From positions 63,515-127,514 of IMG/VR virus record IMGVR_UViG_3300045120_000498: a stretch of DNA of 64,000 nucleotides; one strand, 5' to 3'. This document shows, one piece after another, positions 37,701 through 46,929 of the stretch (position 1 is the first letter of the stretch; every line of letters begins with the position of its first letter). The translations under genes were made by a program, and so were the position numbers. The DNA is from a virus. The notes under the pieces were generated by a model. It made no database searches and was not told where the DNA came from. It saw nothing but the letters and a program-made list of their open reading frames with translations.

Positions 37701-39203
37701 AATCCGCCGCACCAGCCCATTGATAATCATGAGCACGCCGTTCAGCAGCCGCAGCATCACCGTGATCGGCCCGATGCCGTTCTGCCCGAGCAGTTCCAAC
37801 GTCTGCGCGAACGTCGAAAGCAACTGGATGGCCGTCGGCCCGAACGCCTTCATCATCGCCGTCAGCATCCGCTCCAACGGCGGCACGATGTCCCGCAGCG
37901 TCTTGACCATCGCCGCACCCGTCGTCTGCTGCCCGCCGATCCGCGCGAGCGCCTGCGACACGTCCTTCACCAGCCCGAACGTCTCCCGCAACGTGTCCCG
38001 CGTCGAAGCGAAGAACCGCCGCGTCGCCACCTGCCCACCGACCGACTGGAAGAACGTCTTCCAGCCATCCGTCGCCTTCACCGCCGACTTGTAAAGGTCG
38101 TCGCCCAGCGGCCGCGCCGCGTGCCCGATGGCGACCAGCACATCCCAGATGTTGTGCGCGATCCGCCCGAACTGCTCCAGCGTCGTCCGCGTCTGCGAGA
38201 ACCACCGTGCCATCCGGCCCGACTCGCGGCCCGCCCTCGCAGCCCCGTCAGCCCACTTCGTCCAGCCGTAGATCGTCTTCGTCAGCCAGTTCGTGAACGG
38301 CTGTGCCGCCATCGCCACGTGCCGGAGCGCGTCGATCAGGTTGATCAGCCCCTTGCCCATCCGGCTCACGATGGTGCCGCCCTGCCGCCCCAGCGACTCG
38401 AAGTCCGACAGGAACCCCGCACCCGTGAACCGCCGCGACGCCTGATCAGCAAGGTGCCCGAGCGTGCTGCCCATCATCGACAGCAGCCGGTTCACCATCG
38501 GCGCCGCCACCCGCAGCCGCTCCAGGCTCGCGTCCAGCCCCGCGAACAGACCCCGCTGCGCCGACCGGCGGAACTGATCCACCAGCGGCTTCCACGACTT
38601 CAGCGTCTCCGTGAACCGCCGCGCCTCCGGCGTCAGCCGCTTCAACGCCTGCGCGTTGCCGCCCATCGCCTTGCCGATGTCCGCGAACGCCAGCTTCACG
38701 GTGCCCATCGCCAGGCCCAGGCCCAGGAACGTCGCCGGTAACGCCCCGAGCACGCCGACCAGGTTCGTCAGCTTCGGCACCAGGCTCGTAACACCAGCCC
38801 CCAACGCCGCGATGATCGGCACAAGCGACGTGAACCCGACGATTAGCGCCGGAATCTTCAGCAGGCCGAACACCTTCCCCAGCCCGCCGAACACCAGGAT
38901 CATCTTCTTGCCGAACCGCTCCAGCGCCGTGTGCGTTTCGTTCGTCTTCCGCCGGTGCTTCTCCAACGAGCGGGTCTGCTCGTCCAGCACCTTCGTGGCG
39001 CTGCTCGTCGTCTTCGACAACTTCCCCATCTCGCGCTCCGCCGCGCTCATCTGAGCCAACTGCTTCTTCGCGCCCACCTCATCGAGCGAATGCCCGAGCT
39101 TCGTCACCGCCCGGTCGGTGCGCTCCGCTTCCTCCCTGATCTTGCGCAGCGTCGTGCTCGCGCGATCACGCAGGACGAACGCCCCCTCCACAGTCACGGC
39201 CAC
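34731..39203 (-). CDS. Tape measure protein with C-terminal lysozyme-like transglycosylase and NlpC/P60 domains
   Basis: Long Ala/Gly helical body; AGIMWHESG...FGLTQL...RRFERP; YAWGGGHG...FDCSG...HVYM. Confidence 0.92.
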   Translation of the reverse strand: MAVTVEGAFVLRDRASTTLRKIREEAERTDRAVTKLGHSLDEVGAKKQLAQMSAAEREMGKLSKTTSSATKVLDEQTRSLEKHRRKTNETHTALERFGKKMILVFGGLGKVFGLLKIPALIVGFTSLVPIIAALGAGVTSLVPKLTNLVGVLGALPATFLGLGLAMGTVKLAFADIGKAMGGNAQALKRLTPEARRFTETLKSWKPLVDQFRRSAQRGLFAGLDASLERLRVAAPMVNRLLSMMGSTLGHLADQASRRFTGAGFLSDFESLGRQGGTIVSRMGKGLINLIDALRHVAMAAQPFTNWLTKTIYGWTKWADGAARAGRESGRMARWFSQTRTTLEQFGRIAHNIWDVLVAIGHAARPLGDDLYKSAVKATDGWKTFFQSVGGQVATRRFFASTRDTLRETFGLVKDVSQALARIGGQQTTGAAMVKTLRDIVPPLERMLTAMMKAFGPTAIQLLSTFAQTLELLGQNGIGPITVMLRLLNGVLMIINGLVRRIPQLGTLIVAAFAVGPILKATAAVRALAGSWGLVTASSTRAAAAQGVASAVPGGGGLLGMGGLRGLFRRRGPRPPGGAGGLSQAELLMSEGEALGGAGRLAGGLGRFGKVAGLGLRAAGKFALPLTLAMAGIDAYSAKRTGGFWNQAAQTGSAVATGASFGLIPQYKGADVTRDEALTKLATSADAVQQGTRTTGYKYVPVGRFGGQRRVATTAPIYTESYSQQLARATTGGQSAGAQASQIASIEKLQRNITSTRGAKTNEATQAFLAGLTAELNTRREILATMQAQEKQDARMGRRAKRDKAVGEIGAGFDILAGKTDAQGRFLDPKKAAAALKITMEHMTAQMERDPTTARKTGRIGLQLVESIEKANPKMKKATADAKSAILGEYDALHLDIKKVNGKIADGTRQGWATIRKAMTSETETMLEESSADFTTLQKNAVASLQAMGLSVAEARKLVAGMETSHNTSSTTPGRFNNARDVARNARGGRIPGRGLMDTVPVGAAMAAPGELIVNRHTERRIDGMLAGAGTSLGREVAGEGRPHSQRFQTGGRLTGMISQVASQYDLDPAAWAGIMWHESGLNPGAIGDNGTSFGLTQLHIGGALGNISVAAAQQYLDPMTNLMFAGGQMAGMGLGGLRGPAAIDAYSRRFERPANPGVEIADALAYYRAHQGDFAGGGKEDLNGILPGLATGGRVPGRARNPALDLTGGMTGGSPLARAIRAATAIDAMHYPYAWGGGHGRIGVPSSGTRHSSGGAIGTGFDCSGATSAVLGSAGLLGSPMVASSFMNWGTPGYDPHGLNVVASPSHVYMILNGRAFGTSTANPNGGAGWFAGGVRSGFKVNHAKNPGLPFMQMNKLQAPSPRLGGIPGLLEGASADTFATGLTAGVNKQLAAGAGFSTGGRVSWGGWHGRGGTIKARRPTLIGVGESGDETVHVTRGGGQGPGGAQFAVHIGTVVNHGGDVEREVAAAFEQFARRLESMGLVDEGEVIV

Positions 39204-39210
39204 CTAGCCA

Positions 39211-40028
39211 TCACCCCCTCGCGGCGGCCTTCTGGCTCGTCTTGGCGCCCGCCAGCGCGAGCGCGTCCTCCTCGGCCTTCGCGGCGAAGGCGTAGACCAG
39301 CAGGCGGACGCGGCGGCGCGACGGTGGCAGGTGTACCCGGTCGGCTTGCGTGCCGCCGAGCGGCCGGTAGTCGTCGTCCAGGTCGTGGTAGAGCCGGAAG
39401 GGATCGTGCCCCCCGTGCTTCCACGACAGGTACAGATACCGGGCCTCGCCACGACCGCCGCTCAGTCTTTTCCCGCTTCGATGGCCTTCACGTCGGCGTC
39501 GTCGAAGCCCGACAGCGACATCACGTTCACCGACAGCCGCGCGATCAGGCCCGGCTGCTTCCGGAACCGCCACTTCAGGACTTGCACCCGCGCCCACAGC
39601 GGATCGCCGATGGAGTCGTTGATCCCCTTCTGCTTCGCGACCGTAGCCAGGTCCGGACTGACCATCGACGCCGCCACGATCCGCGCGTTCGTCTCGTTCG
39701 AGTCCGGCTCCGTGTTGCGACCCCGCCGCCGACCACTCAGGTCGCCCGACTCGATGCGGGTAATCTCGTCCGCCTCCAGCGCCCGCAGCCGCACCACGAT
39801 GGCCTGCGGCTTCTCGTCCGTGCCGACGTTCACCGTGTACGACCGCTCGATCACCGGGTCCTCGTCGTCGAGGAACCACGCCAGCGCGTCGTTCTCCAGT
39901 TGCGCCTTCTCGTCGTCGCTGCCGGTGACCTTCCCGTCTGCGACAAGCTCCATCGCCTGCCGTGCCGTCCGCTCGCCCTTGGGCTTCGCGTCCGGGGGGG
40001 CCGTCTCCGGCTCTGCCGTGCCTGCCAT
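39211..40028 (-). CDS. Tail assembly chaperone, -1 frameshift extended form
   Basis: GGGAAAA slippery site 39468-39474; -1 frame continues GKRLSGG...EARYLYLSW to stop at 39211. Confidence 0.75.
39462..40028 (-). CDS. Tail assembly chaperone (XkdN-like)
   Basis: Between tube and TMP; LRAL...ASMVSPDL...VMSLSGF. Confidence 0.85.
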   Translation of the reverse strand: MAGTAEPETAPPDAKPKGERTARQAMELVADGKVTGSDDEKAQLENDALAWFLDDEDPVIERSYTVNVGTDEKPQAIVVRLRALEADEITRIESGDLSGRRRGRNTEPDSNETNARIVAASMVSPDLATVAKQKGINDSIGDPLWARVQVLKWRFRKQPGLIARLSVNVMSLSGFDDADVKAIEAGKD

Positions 40029-40125
40029 GCCGCCTCCTAGCGGTAGTGGGGTCGGCGCGGATCACGCATAACGACTGCCCCCGCGGGACTGCCGATAGAG
40101 GCTCCACGCGCCTCTCGCAACACAG

Positions 40126-40317
40126 CTACGCCGCGCCGCGATCCTTGCGCCCGATCCGCCGCACCGGCGGGCCGGGGTCGAAGCTGTCGTCCGCGGCCGC
40201 ACACTCGACCTCGATACGGCCCATCTCTGCGAGCAGGTCGCGCTGACCGTGTGATCCCTTCTCCACGATCACGGCTTTCAGCCGTATCCACGCTCTCTCG
40301 TAGTCGATCACCGCCAC
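40126..40317 (-). CDS. Small hypothetical protein
   Basis: ORF track. Confidence 0.5.
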   Translation of the reverse strand: MAVIDYERAWIRLKAVIVEKGSHGQRDLLAEMGRIEVECAAADDSFDPGPPVRRIGRKDRGAA

Positions 40318-40320
40318 GAG

Positions 40321-40848
40321 CTAGCCGCCGGTGGTCGCGAGCGACGTAGCGGTCGGAACACCCTGCGGGTCGAGGTTCGCCTTGAACGCCTCCAGGTAGT
40401 CCTCGTCTTCCCATGTCAGCGGGAACTCGCGCTCCACCAGGTCATCGCCGATGGAGAACCCGATGGGCAGCCGCCAGATCAGGCAGCCGTCCAGCCTGAT
40501 CTTCTCGATACCGAGCGCGTCCGGATCGTCGTACTCCAACTCCAGGGAGAACGGCTTCATCGGGATGCGCGTCGAGCGCGAGCGCCGCGACTTGATGAAC
40601 TCGAACACCTCCATCTCCCACTTGGTGTCCATCTTCTGGATGCGGATGGTGCCCTCCCGAGTCTCGCGACCCGGCTTGTGGCCCATCCGCGCCGTGCCCA
40701 CCAGGGGCACGTCGATGCGGGCGATTTCGATGGCGCCCGACACCTCGATTGCGTCGCTCAGGGCCGTGTGCCCGAGCACAGGGTCGAGTCGGTAGGCCAG
40801 CCCGTACAGGCCGGAGAACCGAAGCAGCCCCTCAGCGGTCGATGCCAT
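40321..40848 (-). CDS. Tail tube protein (XkdM-like)
   Basis: Follows sheath; G..KPG...REGTIRIQK...YDDPDALGIEKIRLDGC...EREFPLTW. Confidence 0.85.
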   Translation of the reverse strand: MASTAEGLLRFSGLYGLAYRLDPVLGHTALSDAIEVSGAIEIARIDVPLVGTARMGHKPGRETREGTIRIQKMDTKWEMEVFEFIKSRRSRSTRIPMKPFSLELEYDDPDALGIEKIRLDGCLIWRLPIGFSIGDDLVEREFPLTWEDEDYLEAFKANLDPQGVPTATSLATTGG

Positions 40849-40873
40849 CCGTACCTCCGTGTTGCCAGGCGCG

Positions 40874-42325
40874 TTACGCGACCTGGATGGTGAAGAACAC
40901 CTGCTCGACCGAGCGGCCGAAGCCGAGTCCGACCAGGACGGCCACGTACTCGTCGGTGTCGCTCGGTGTCGGGTTCGGGTCGATCACGCACGTGAACCCC
41001 GGCTGAATCACGCCCAGGTCCACACGCCGCTGGCAGCGCGCGCGAGTCTCGCCCACGACGTACTGCCGCGTCTTGTCGCTCACCGCGTTGCGGCCGATGA
41101 TGTTCGCGTCCGACCAGTCGGCCAGTTCCATCTGAAGGCCCTGCATGGTGCGGACGTACTTCGGGTTGCGGTAGATCAGGTACGGCTTCTGCGCGTTCGT
41201 CTTCGCGACGTACGTGGTCAGCGCCTTCTCGATCCGCACCGGCGCGTCCGGGTTCGAGTCCCGGCCGAGCACCATCACGCCCGCGTCGAACGCGGTCAGG
41301 ATGTCCGACGCCGACGCACCGACGACCGGCACGACCCCCTGGAGCCGGGCATAGGTCATCGACTGCGCCTCGCCCTTCGCGGCCATGATCCCCGCGATCC
41401 GCGGCGCCAACTGCGACGTGGACAGCACGCCCAGCGTCTCGTCCCGCACCGACCCCAGCCCGACGGTGACGATGTTCTCCGACGCCGCCGCCACAGCGCG
41501 CGAGACGGCCGTCGCGATCAACTCGTTCGCCAGGCCGCCGAGCACCGTGATAAACCGCTTGCCGTTCGCGTTCCAGTTCTCGCTCCAGGACCGCAGCGAC
41601 GCGGTGATGCTCACGTCCGTCAGGTCCTCGAACGCCAGCACCCCGAACCGCTGCGAGTCGAACGCCGCCATCGCCGCCAGGTAGTCCGCCGCCAGCAGCG
41701 TCGTGCCGTCAGCGCCGCCCGAGAACGACTGGTTCGACACGATCCCGAGCGCCACGCCGGTGATCGTCTGCGTGGCCGTGACCCACAGCGACGCCGCGTT
41801 GATCTGATTCGCCAGGTCGGCCACGTTCGTGTCCGCGAACGTGTACCGCTCCACCTCGACGCCGCCGACGTACAGGATCAGGTCCGTCTTGGTCGCGTCC
41901 GAGGCGGCGTCCTGCGTGGTCACGGTCAGGTTGTTGCCGTACGACCCGTCCGACTTCGCCGTCAGCGTGATCGCCACGGCCGGGGTCGTGTTCGACAGCG
42001 GCCTCGTCGCCTTCGCGCCCGCCGCGCCGACCATCCGGAACGCGAGCACCTGCCCCGCGCCGCCGCGGCCCTCCAGGCCCTCCCCAGTGAACGCCTGCAT
42101 CACCGCCTTGAATCCAGCCGTCGTCTCCGTCGGGCCGAAGAACGACTTGAAGTCGGCCAGGTTCCGTAGCGACACCACCGACTCCGAAGGCCCCCAGTCG
42201 TGCGTGAAGCCGAGAGCAACCACCGACCCGATGCCGACCGGCACCGTCGTCGCGGGCGACGCCTCGAAGTTCACGTACGTCCCCGGGAGCTTGGGCCGCG
42301 CGCTCTTGCTGAACTGTCCAGGCAC
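40874..42325 (-). CDS. Contractile tail sheath protein (XkdK-like)
   Basis: RPKLPGTYVNF...HDWGP...AKSDGSYGN...FSGGADG...RIEKALTT...KYVRTM. Confidence 0.95.
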   Translation of the reverse strand: MPGQFSKSARPKLPGTYVNFEASPATTVPVGIGSVVALGFTHDWGPSESVVSLRNLADFKSFFGPTETTAGFKAVMQAFTGEGLEGRGGAGQVLAFRMVGAAGAKATRPLSNTTPAVAITLTAKSDGSYGNNLTVTTQDAASDATKTDLILYVGGVEVERYTFADTNVADLANQINAASLWVTATQTITGVALGIVSNQSFSGGADGTTLLAADYLAAMAAFDSQRFGVLAFEDLTDVSITASLRSWSENWNANGKRFITVLGGLANELIATAVSRAVAAASENIVTVGLGSVRDETLGVLSTSQLAPRIAGIMAAKGEAQSMTYARLQGVVPVVGASASDILTAFDAGVMVLGRDSNPDAPVRIEKALTTYVAKTNAQKPYLIYRNPKYVRTMQGLQMELADWSDANIIGRNAVSDKTRQYVVGETRARCQRRVDLGVIQPGFTCVIDPNPTPSDTDEYVAVLVGLGFGRSVEQVFFTIQVA

Positions 42326-42328
42326 CGG

Positions 42329-42592
42329 TTACCCCTCCTCGCCCGCGTCTTCGCCGCTCGGCGGAATCTCGCGCTTCAGCCACGCCTTCACCGCGGCCTT
42401 CGCGTCCTTGACGGTCATGTCGCCCGTGTCGTCGCTCAACGCCCCGGCCGCAACATGCGACTCGCAGCCCAGGAACGCAGGCGCCTCCGCGATCAGCCGC
42501 TCACGCGAATACGACGGCGGCCCCTCGGCCTCCGGGGCCTCGCGCGTGCGCCGCGGTGTGCGGCCTTCGCTGGCGGTGTCGTCGTCGGCCAC
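42329..42592 (-). CDS. Small protein upstream of sheath (YqzN/YkzM-like position)
   Basis: YSRERLI...AGAL...TVKDAKAAVKAWL. Confidence 0.6.
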   Translation of the reverse strand: MADDDTASEGRTPRRTREAPEAEGPPSYSRERLIAEAPAFLGCESHVAAGALSDDTGDMTVKDAKAAVKAWLKREIPPSGEDAGEEG

Positions 42593-42601
42593 GCTAGCCT
42601 C

Positions 42602-43222
42602 CTAAGCCCTGGACACCCTCGGGCGTCCGAATGTCTCGTTGTCACCCTCTATGCCGACTGTCAGCACGTGCTGTTCCTGACCCTCGACGATCACACGCTG
42701 TCGGATGGATTGTAGGACGGGACCACTGCGGAGCGCATCGTGACGATCAGTCGGCCTCGTCCACGAAGCGCGGAAGTCGCACACCACGATCACCCGCTGC
42801 TCGTCCTCGCCGTCCGGCACCCGGTTCACCTGCACGTCCACCAGCCGTAGGTAGTCGTGTGTGTTGCGAGACGCCGACCCGTTCGCGAGCGGCACCCCGG
42901 CGTAGTCGTACAGCGGCACCCGGTATGGCGTCAGCCCGCCGACGAACGCCATCCACAGCCGGTCGGTCAACTCCGCTCCGTCGAGCAAGCCCTGCTCGAA
43001 CGACTCCGACCGCGGCGGGTAGCAGTAGACCGTGTACGGCTGCGTGATCTGCACGATCAGCGCGGCCTCGCTCGACAGCGCCGGGCCGACCGTCGCGACG
43101 ATGGCGTACGGCGGCTCCAGCAGCGTTCCGTCCTCCGCCGCCAGCCGCACCTCCCAGTCCGGCCCGAGCGAGTCGGCCACGTGCCGCTTCACCGAGCGCA
43201 ATGCGTCCGCGTGTGTCCTCAT
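42602..43222 (-). CDS. Tail terminator / tail completion protein
   Basis: Start MRTHADAL; neck-gene position. Confidence 0.7.
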   Translation of the reverse strand: MRTHADALRSVKRHVADSLGPDWEVRLAAEDGTLLEPPYAIVATVGPALSSEAALIVQITQPYTVYCYPPRSESFEQGLLDGAELTDRLWMAFVGGLTPYRVPLYDYAGVPLANGSASRNTHDYLRLVDVQVNRVPDGEDEQRVIVVCDFRASWTRPTDRHDALRSGPVLQSIRQRVIVEGQEQHVLTVGIEGDNETFGRPRVSRA

Positions 43223-43713
43223 CCGCGCTCGCACTCCCGCTTGAACGCCAGAAGCTCCCGCTCGAACAGGCCGTGCGCAATCTCGTGCTCCAGCTTCGCC
43301 GCGCTGATCCGCACCATCGCCTGCCCGCGCGTGCCCGGGTGATGCACCACCGACGGGAAGTGCCACCGGCCGCCCTTCGTGAACGCCAGCCGCCGGTTCG
43401 GCGGAATCGGCCGAATCTCGTGCGGCGACGTGCTCCACTCCACGTACGGCGCAATCGGGTCCTCCGTCTCCACCCCGGACGCGAACCCGCGCGGATGCAC
43501 CGTCACCGGCTTCTGCCGCCACGACTCGCGCAACGTCCCGCGGCGCCGCTTCCGCGGCCGCATGTCCGGCGGCTCCGGCGGGTCACCGATGGGCGTGTTC
43601 ATCCGCACCAGTTCCGTGAACCGCTCGCCGCCCCGCTGCGCCATGTGGAACGCCGCCCTCGTCGCCGCCTCCGGCTTGCAGATCGACGCGATCTTCTCGC
43701 CCACGTACGGCAT
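43219..43713 (-). CDS. HK97 gp10-like neck protein
   Basis: NTP..GTLRESW...YVEW.T.PHEIRP...VHHPGT. Confidence 0.8.
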   Translation of the reverse strand: MPYVGEKIASICKPEAATRAAFHMAQRGGERFTELVRMNTPIGDPPEPPDMRPRKRRRGTLRESWRQKPVTVHPRGFASGVETEDPIAPYVEWSTSPHEIRPIPPNRRLAFTKGGRWHFPSVVHHPGTRGQAMVRISAAKLEHEIAHGLFERELLAFKRECERG

Positions 43714-44138
43714 CACGCCGCCGCCCCCGCCAGCGGCTCCCGCGGATGATCGGCCACGACTCGCATCGTCACCGTGTAGCCGATCACGCGCCGCTTCTTG
43801 CGGATCGGCTCCGGGTCGCCGGTCACCTCGAACACGACCTCCACGCCGTCCCCGAACTGGTGCTTCGACAGCACCCCGATCCGGTGCTCCGACGTGATCG
43901 CGACCGAGCCGCCGTCCAGGTCGCGAATGCCCGTCATCAGCGTCGGCACGCGCACCGTCCGACGCCGACCCCGCGGCGGCGGATCGACCGACTCCGGCGC
44001 CTGCGGAAGCTGGAGCCGCGCCTTCATCCACGGCCCCACGTGCTCGTGCATCGGCGTGCTGCCCTCGACCCGCACCGCAGCCACCTGCCGTCGCGAGTAG
44101 ACCCGCGCCCGATCAACCAGTGCCGCCGTCAGCGCCAC
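43713..44138 (-). CDS. Head closure / stopper protein
   Basis: Beta-rich, position after the adaptor. Confidence 0.7.
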   Translation of the reverse strand: MALTAALVDRARVYSRRQVAAVRVEGSTPMHEHVGPWMKARLQLPQAPESVDPPPRGRRRTVRVPTLMTGIRDLDGGSVAITSEHRIGVLSKHQFGDGVEVVFEVTGDPEPIRKKRRVIGYTVTMRVVADHPREPLAGAAA

Positions 44139-44687
44139 CTACTGCTCCCAGATGCGCCCCGGCGCGCCGGTATCCCACACGCCCGGCACCGATTCGTACG
44201 GCCCGAACACGCCGCCCCAGTCCACTTCCACCACGTCCACCGCCGGAACGTTCTTGCCGGACAGGATCGCGAGCCAGTAGTCCTGCATATCGGGCGTCAT
44301 CATCAGCCACAGCAGCCGGTCCAGCGCGGGCGACTGATTCAGCGTCCGCGTCGTCTGCGTGTTGTGCCAGCCCGGCGGGCGCCGCTGCTCCGAATAGCTG
44401 CCCGCCGTGAACGACTGCACCACGTCGTCCGACGACGTTTCCACGTAGTCCTCTTGCGACTCGTAGGCCAACTGCTCGGTGCGCAACTGCACCGCCTGCT
44501 CCACTATCGGAGTCAGCGGGTCGCCTGTCGGGAAGTCGCTCGCAACACGCCCCGTCACGCCGCCGATGTACGTGACCGCGCGATCCACAAGCACCTGGAG
44601 AGAATCCGGCGTTGCCTCCGGATACCCCAGCGCACCGAAGTCGATCCGGCTCCACGTGCGCACGTCTGCTGCGGTCGGAATCTGCAT
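44139..44687 (-). CDS. Head-to-tail adaptor
   Basis: LVDRAVTYI...AVQL...VQSFTAGSYSE. Confidence 0.75.
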   Translation of the reverse strand: MQIPTAADVRTWSRIDFGALGYPEATPDSLQVLVDRAVTYIGGVTGRVASDFPTGDPLTPIVEQAVQLRTEQLAYESQEDYVETSSDDVVQSFTAGSYSEQRRPPGWHNTQTTRTLNQSPALDRLLWLMMTPDMQDYWLAILSGKNVPAVDVVEVDWGGVFGPYESVPGVWDTGAPGRIWEQ

Positions 44688-44738
44688 TGCGCCTCCGGCC
44701 AGGCGACGATGCGCGCGCGAGCGCGCGCCCTCGGCTGG

Positions 44739-45341
44739 CTACTTCGCCGTCTTCGGCGTCCCCTGCTCGGCCTGCGCCTTCTCGGCCTCGGCGTCCTCCG
44801 CGCTGATCTGCACGGTGTCCTCGTCGGCCTCACCGGCGGCCTTCGCGGCGGCCTGCTCGGCAGCCGCGACGCGCGCCTTCTCCTCGGCCGCCTGCGCCGC
44901 CATCTGCGCGTTCGCCGCGGCCTCGTCGGCCTCCGCCTTCGCCGTCCGCATCCGCTCGGCCTGCTCCTCGGCGGACACCGGCGGCTCGCCAGCGCGCTTC
45001 GGGCCGCCCGTCTGCTGCTGGAGCGTGGACGCCTTCCGAGCATCCGCCGGAATGTCGAACTTCCGCTTCGGGAGCACCGTCCCGTTCTCGTCCTCGACCA
45101 CGCCGATCACGATGCCGCCGCGCACCGCCGCCGCGATCACACGCTCGCCCTTCGCGACCTTCAGCGACTCCAGGTCGAGCGCGTCGGTGGCGCCTTGGTC
45201 GATGGGCGCGAGGGACGCCCGCGCGACATCGCGGTCGATGGACGCGCGATGCGCGGTGATCAGGTCCTCAGCGTTCGCGTGCTCCCCGACCTTCGCCGCG
45301 AACTCGGCCGCGGCGGCCTCTGCATCGTTCCCTCGTGGCAT
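44739..45341 (-). CDS. Hypothetical protein with Ala/Glu-rich helical tail
   Basis: SD-led ORF after the capsid. Confidence 0.7.
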   Translation of the reverse strand: MPRGNDAEAAAAEFAAKVGEHANAEDLITAHRASIDRDVARASLAPIDQGATDALDLESLKVAKGERVIAAAVRGGIVIGVVEDENGTVLPKRKFDIPADARKASTLQQQTGGPKRAGEPPVSAEEQAERMRTAKAEADEAAANAQMAAQAAEEKARVAAAEQAAAKAAGEADEDTVQISAEDAEAEKAQAEQGTPKTAK

Positions 45342-45401
45342 CGCGCCGTCCTCCTTGTGGGCGGACGCCGCAGCGCCCGCCCGGTTCGTCGTCTGAAGTC
45401 G

Positions 45402-46445
45402 CTACGGCGCGACGGAGCGGAAGGCTCCGCGGGGATCGACCGCCGCCATGCCGAAGTCGTGCCGCACCTTGAAGTCCACCGAGTCCAACTCGAAGGTGTA
45501 GGGGTCCATCCCCGGGCCGAGCGCGTTGCGCACCGTCGGGTCCTTGATCCCGACGAACGGCGTGTCGTTCCCGTTCAGGAACCCCATCGCGAACGCCGGA
45601 ACGTCCGCCGGGTCGGCGAACAAGTACCAGTCGGTCGCGTCGGTCATGAACGGCTCGCGGATCACGGCATCCGGCGGCAGGATGCCCGCCAGCATGTTCA
45701 TCGTGCCCTTGTCCATGAACGCCGAGCCGATGCCCGCTGTGCCGCCGGTGTAGTTCACCGTCGTGCCGGTGTCCTGCGACCGGATGATCCGGTTGGCGAT
45801 CATCTGGAGCTTCGCGTTCTTCACCAGCAGCGCGTTGGCCCGGATCATGATGTGGTTGCCGTCGTCGTCAAGCTGCGCTTCCATCCACGCGATGGCATCG
45901 GCCAGCGCGTCCTCGGAGAGCGGTGCGACGCCCGTGTTGCCACGGGAGGCGTGGAAGAACGTCACGCCGTCGTACGCGACGGGGTTCGACTCGATCAGGG
46001 CGACCATCGCCTCGGACACGAACCGGCCCGCCTCCCAGCCCATGTCGGCCGGGTTGCGGTTCAGCAGATCGCCGGTGTCGTCCGACAGGATCGCGTGCCG
46101 CGTGATCGAGTAGACACCGCCGTAGGTGTCCAGAGCGAGCACGGCAGGCAGCCGCTCCGTGCGGGTCATGCCCGGGTACTCGCCGTGGTCGCCCACGTAC
46201 CCGAACCCGCGGAGCATGTTCAGCCCGCGAAGCCGCCGCTCGCGGAAGTCGGGCAGGTTCTCGACGGCCGCGTAGCGCCGCCACTGCGCGTTGACGCGCT
46301 GATAGCCGTGCCACACGCTCGCGCGGACCGGCCCGAACAGGAACTCGGCGAAGTCGGCCCGCGAGTCCGCCTCCTGCAACGCCGCCCATTCCTGCCACGC
46401 CTCGAACAGCAGGATGGGGCGCCCGTACTCTCCGTAGGCTCCCAT
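45402..46445 (-). CDS. Major capsid protein (Mu gpT-like)
   Basis: Start MGAYGEYG; YDGVTFFHASRGN, LLVK..L..IA, FKVRHDFG...DPRGAF; candidate cleavage site LQE/A near N-terminus. Confidence 0.9.
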   Translation of the reverse strand: MGAYGEYGRPILLFEAWQEWAALQEADSRADFAEFLFGPVRASVWHGYQRVNAQWRRYAAVENLPDFRERRLRGLNMLRGFGYVGDHGEYPGMTRTERLPAVLALDTYGGVYSITRHAILSDDTGDLLNRNPADMGWEAGRFVSEAMVALIESNPVAYDGVTFFHASRGNTGVAPLSEDALADAIAWMEAQLDDDGNHIMIRANALLVKNAKLQMIANRIIRSQDTGTTVNYTGGTAGIGSAFMDKGTMNMLAGILPPDAVIREPFMTDATDWYLFADPADVPAFAMGFLNGNDTPFVGIKDPTVRNALGPGMDPYTFELDSVDFKVRHDFGMAAVDPRGAFRSVAP

Positions 46446-46495
46446 GTGTTTCTCCGTCGGTTCCTGTCTCGTAGGTTGAGGACGCCCAGGGCGGC

Positions 46496-46894
46496 CTAGA
46501 AGCTGTCCTTGTCGTCCAGATCGACGCGGCACTTGCCGGTCGGAGTCCCGCGCGAACCGGCCTTCTCGTTCAGACGGCCGAACTTCACGTTGCCCGCCGC
46601 CGTGGTGGTCAGCAGGTTGGACGCGGCGATGATGTAGATGGCATCGCCCACGTTCGCGGCGGCGACGCCCGCGCCGGTGTTCGGCACCTGCACGACCCCC
46701 TTCGCGATGATCGCGAACGGTTCGCCAATCGCGACCGTCTTCTGCGCCGTGGTGCCCGAAGCGGCACCCGACGACGGCTTCTTCTGCTTGACCGCGACGC
46801 CGACGAAGTTCAACTCGGTGCACGGATCACCGTGCACCACGGCCTTCGTCGCAGCGGCGACGTACTTCATGTAGCCAGGGCGGCTGTACGGCAT
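46496..46894 (-). CDS. Capsid cement/decoration protein (DUF2190-like)
   Basis: GVAV...IAKGVVQV...VGDAIY; between protease and capsid. Confidence 0.75.
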   Translation of the reverse strand: MPYSRPGYMKYVAAATKAVVHGDPCTELNFVGVAVKQKKPSSGAASGTTAQKTVAIGEPFAIIAKGVVQVPNTGAGVAAANVGDAIYIIAASNLLTTTAAGNVKFGRLNEKAGSRGTPTGKCRVDLDDKDSF

Positions 46895-46929
46895 TCCCTA
46901 TCTCCCTCTCGTGGTCGGAGCGGTTGCCT

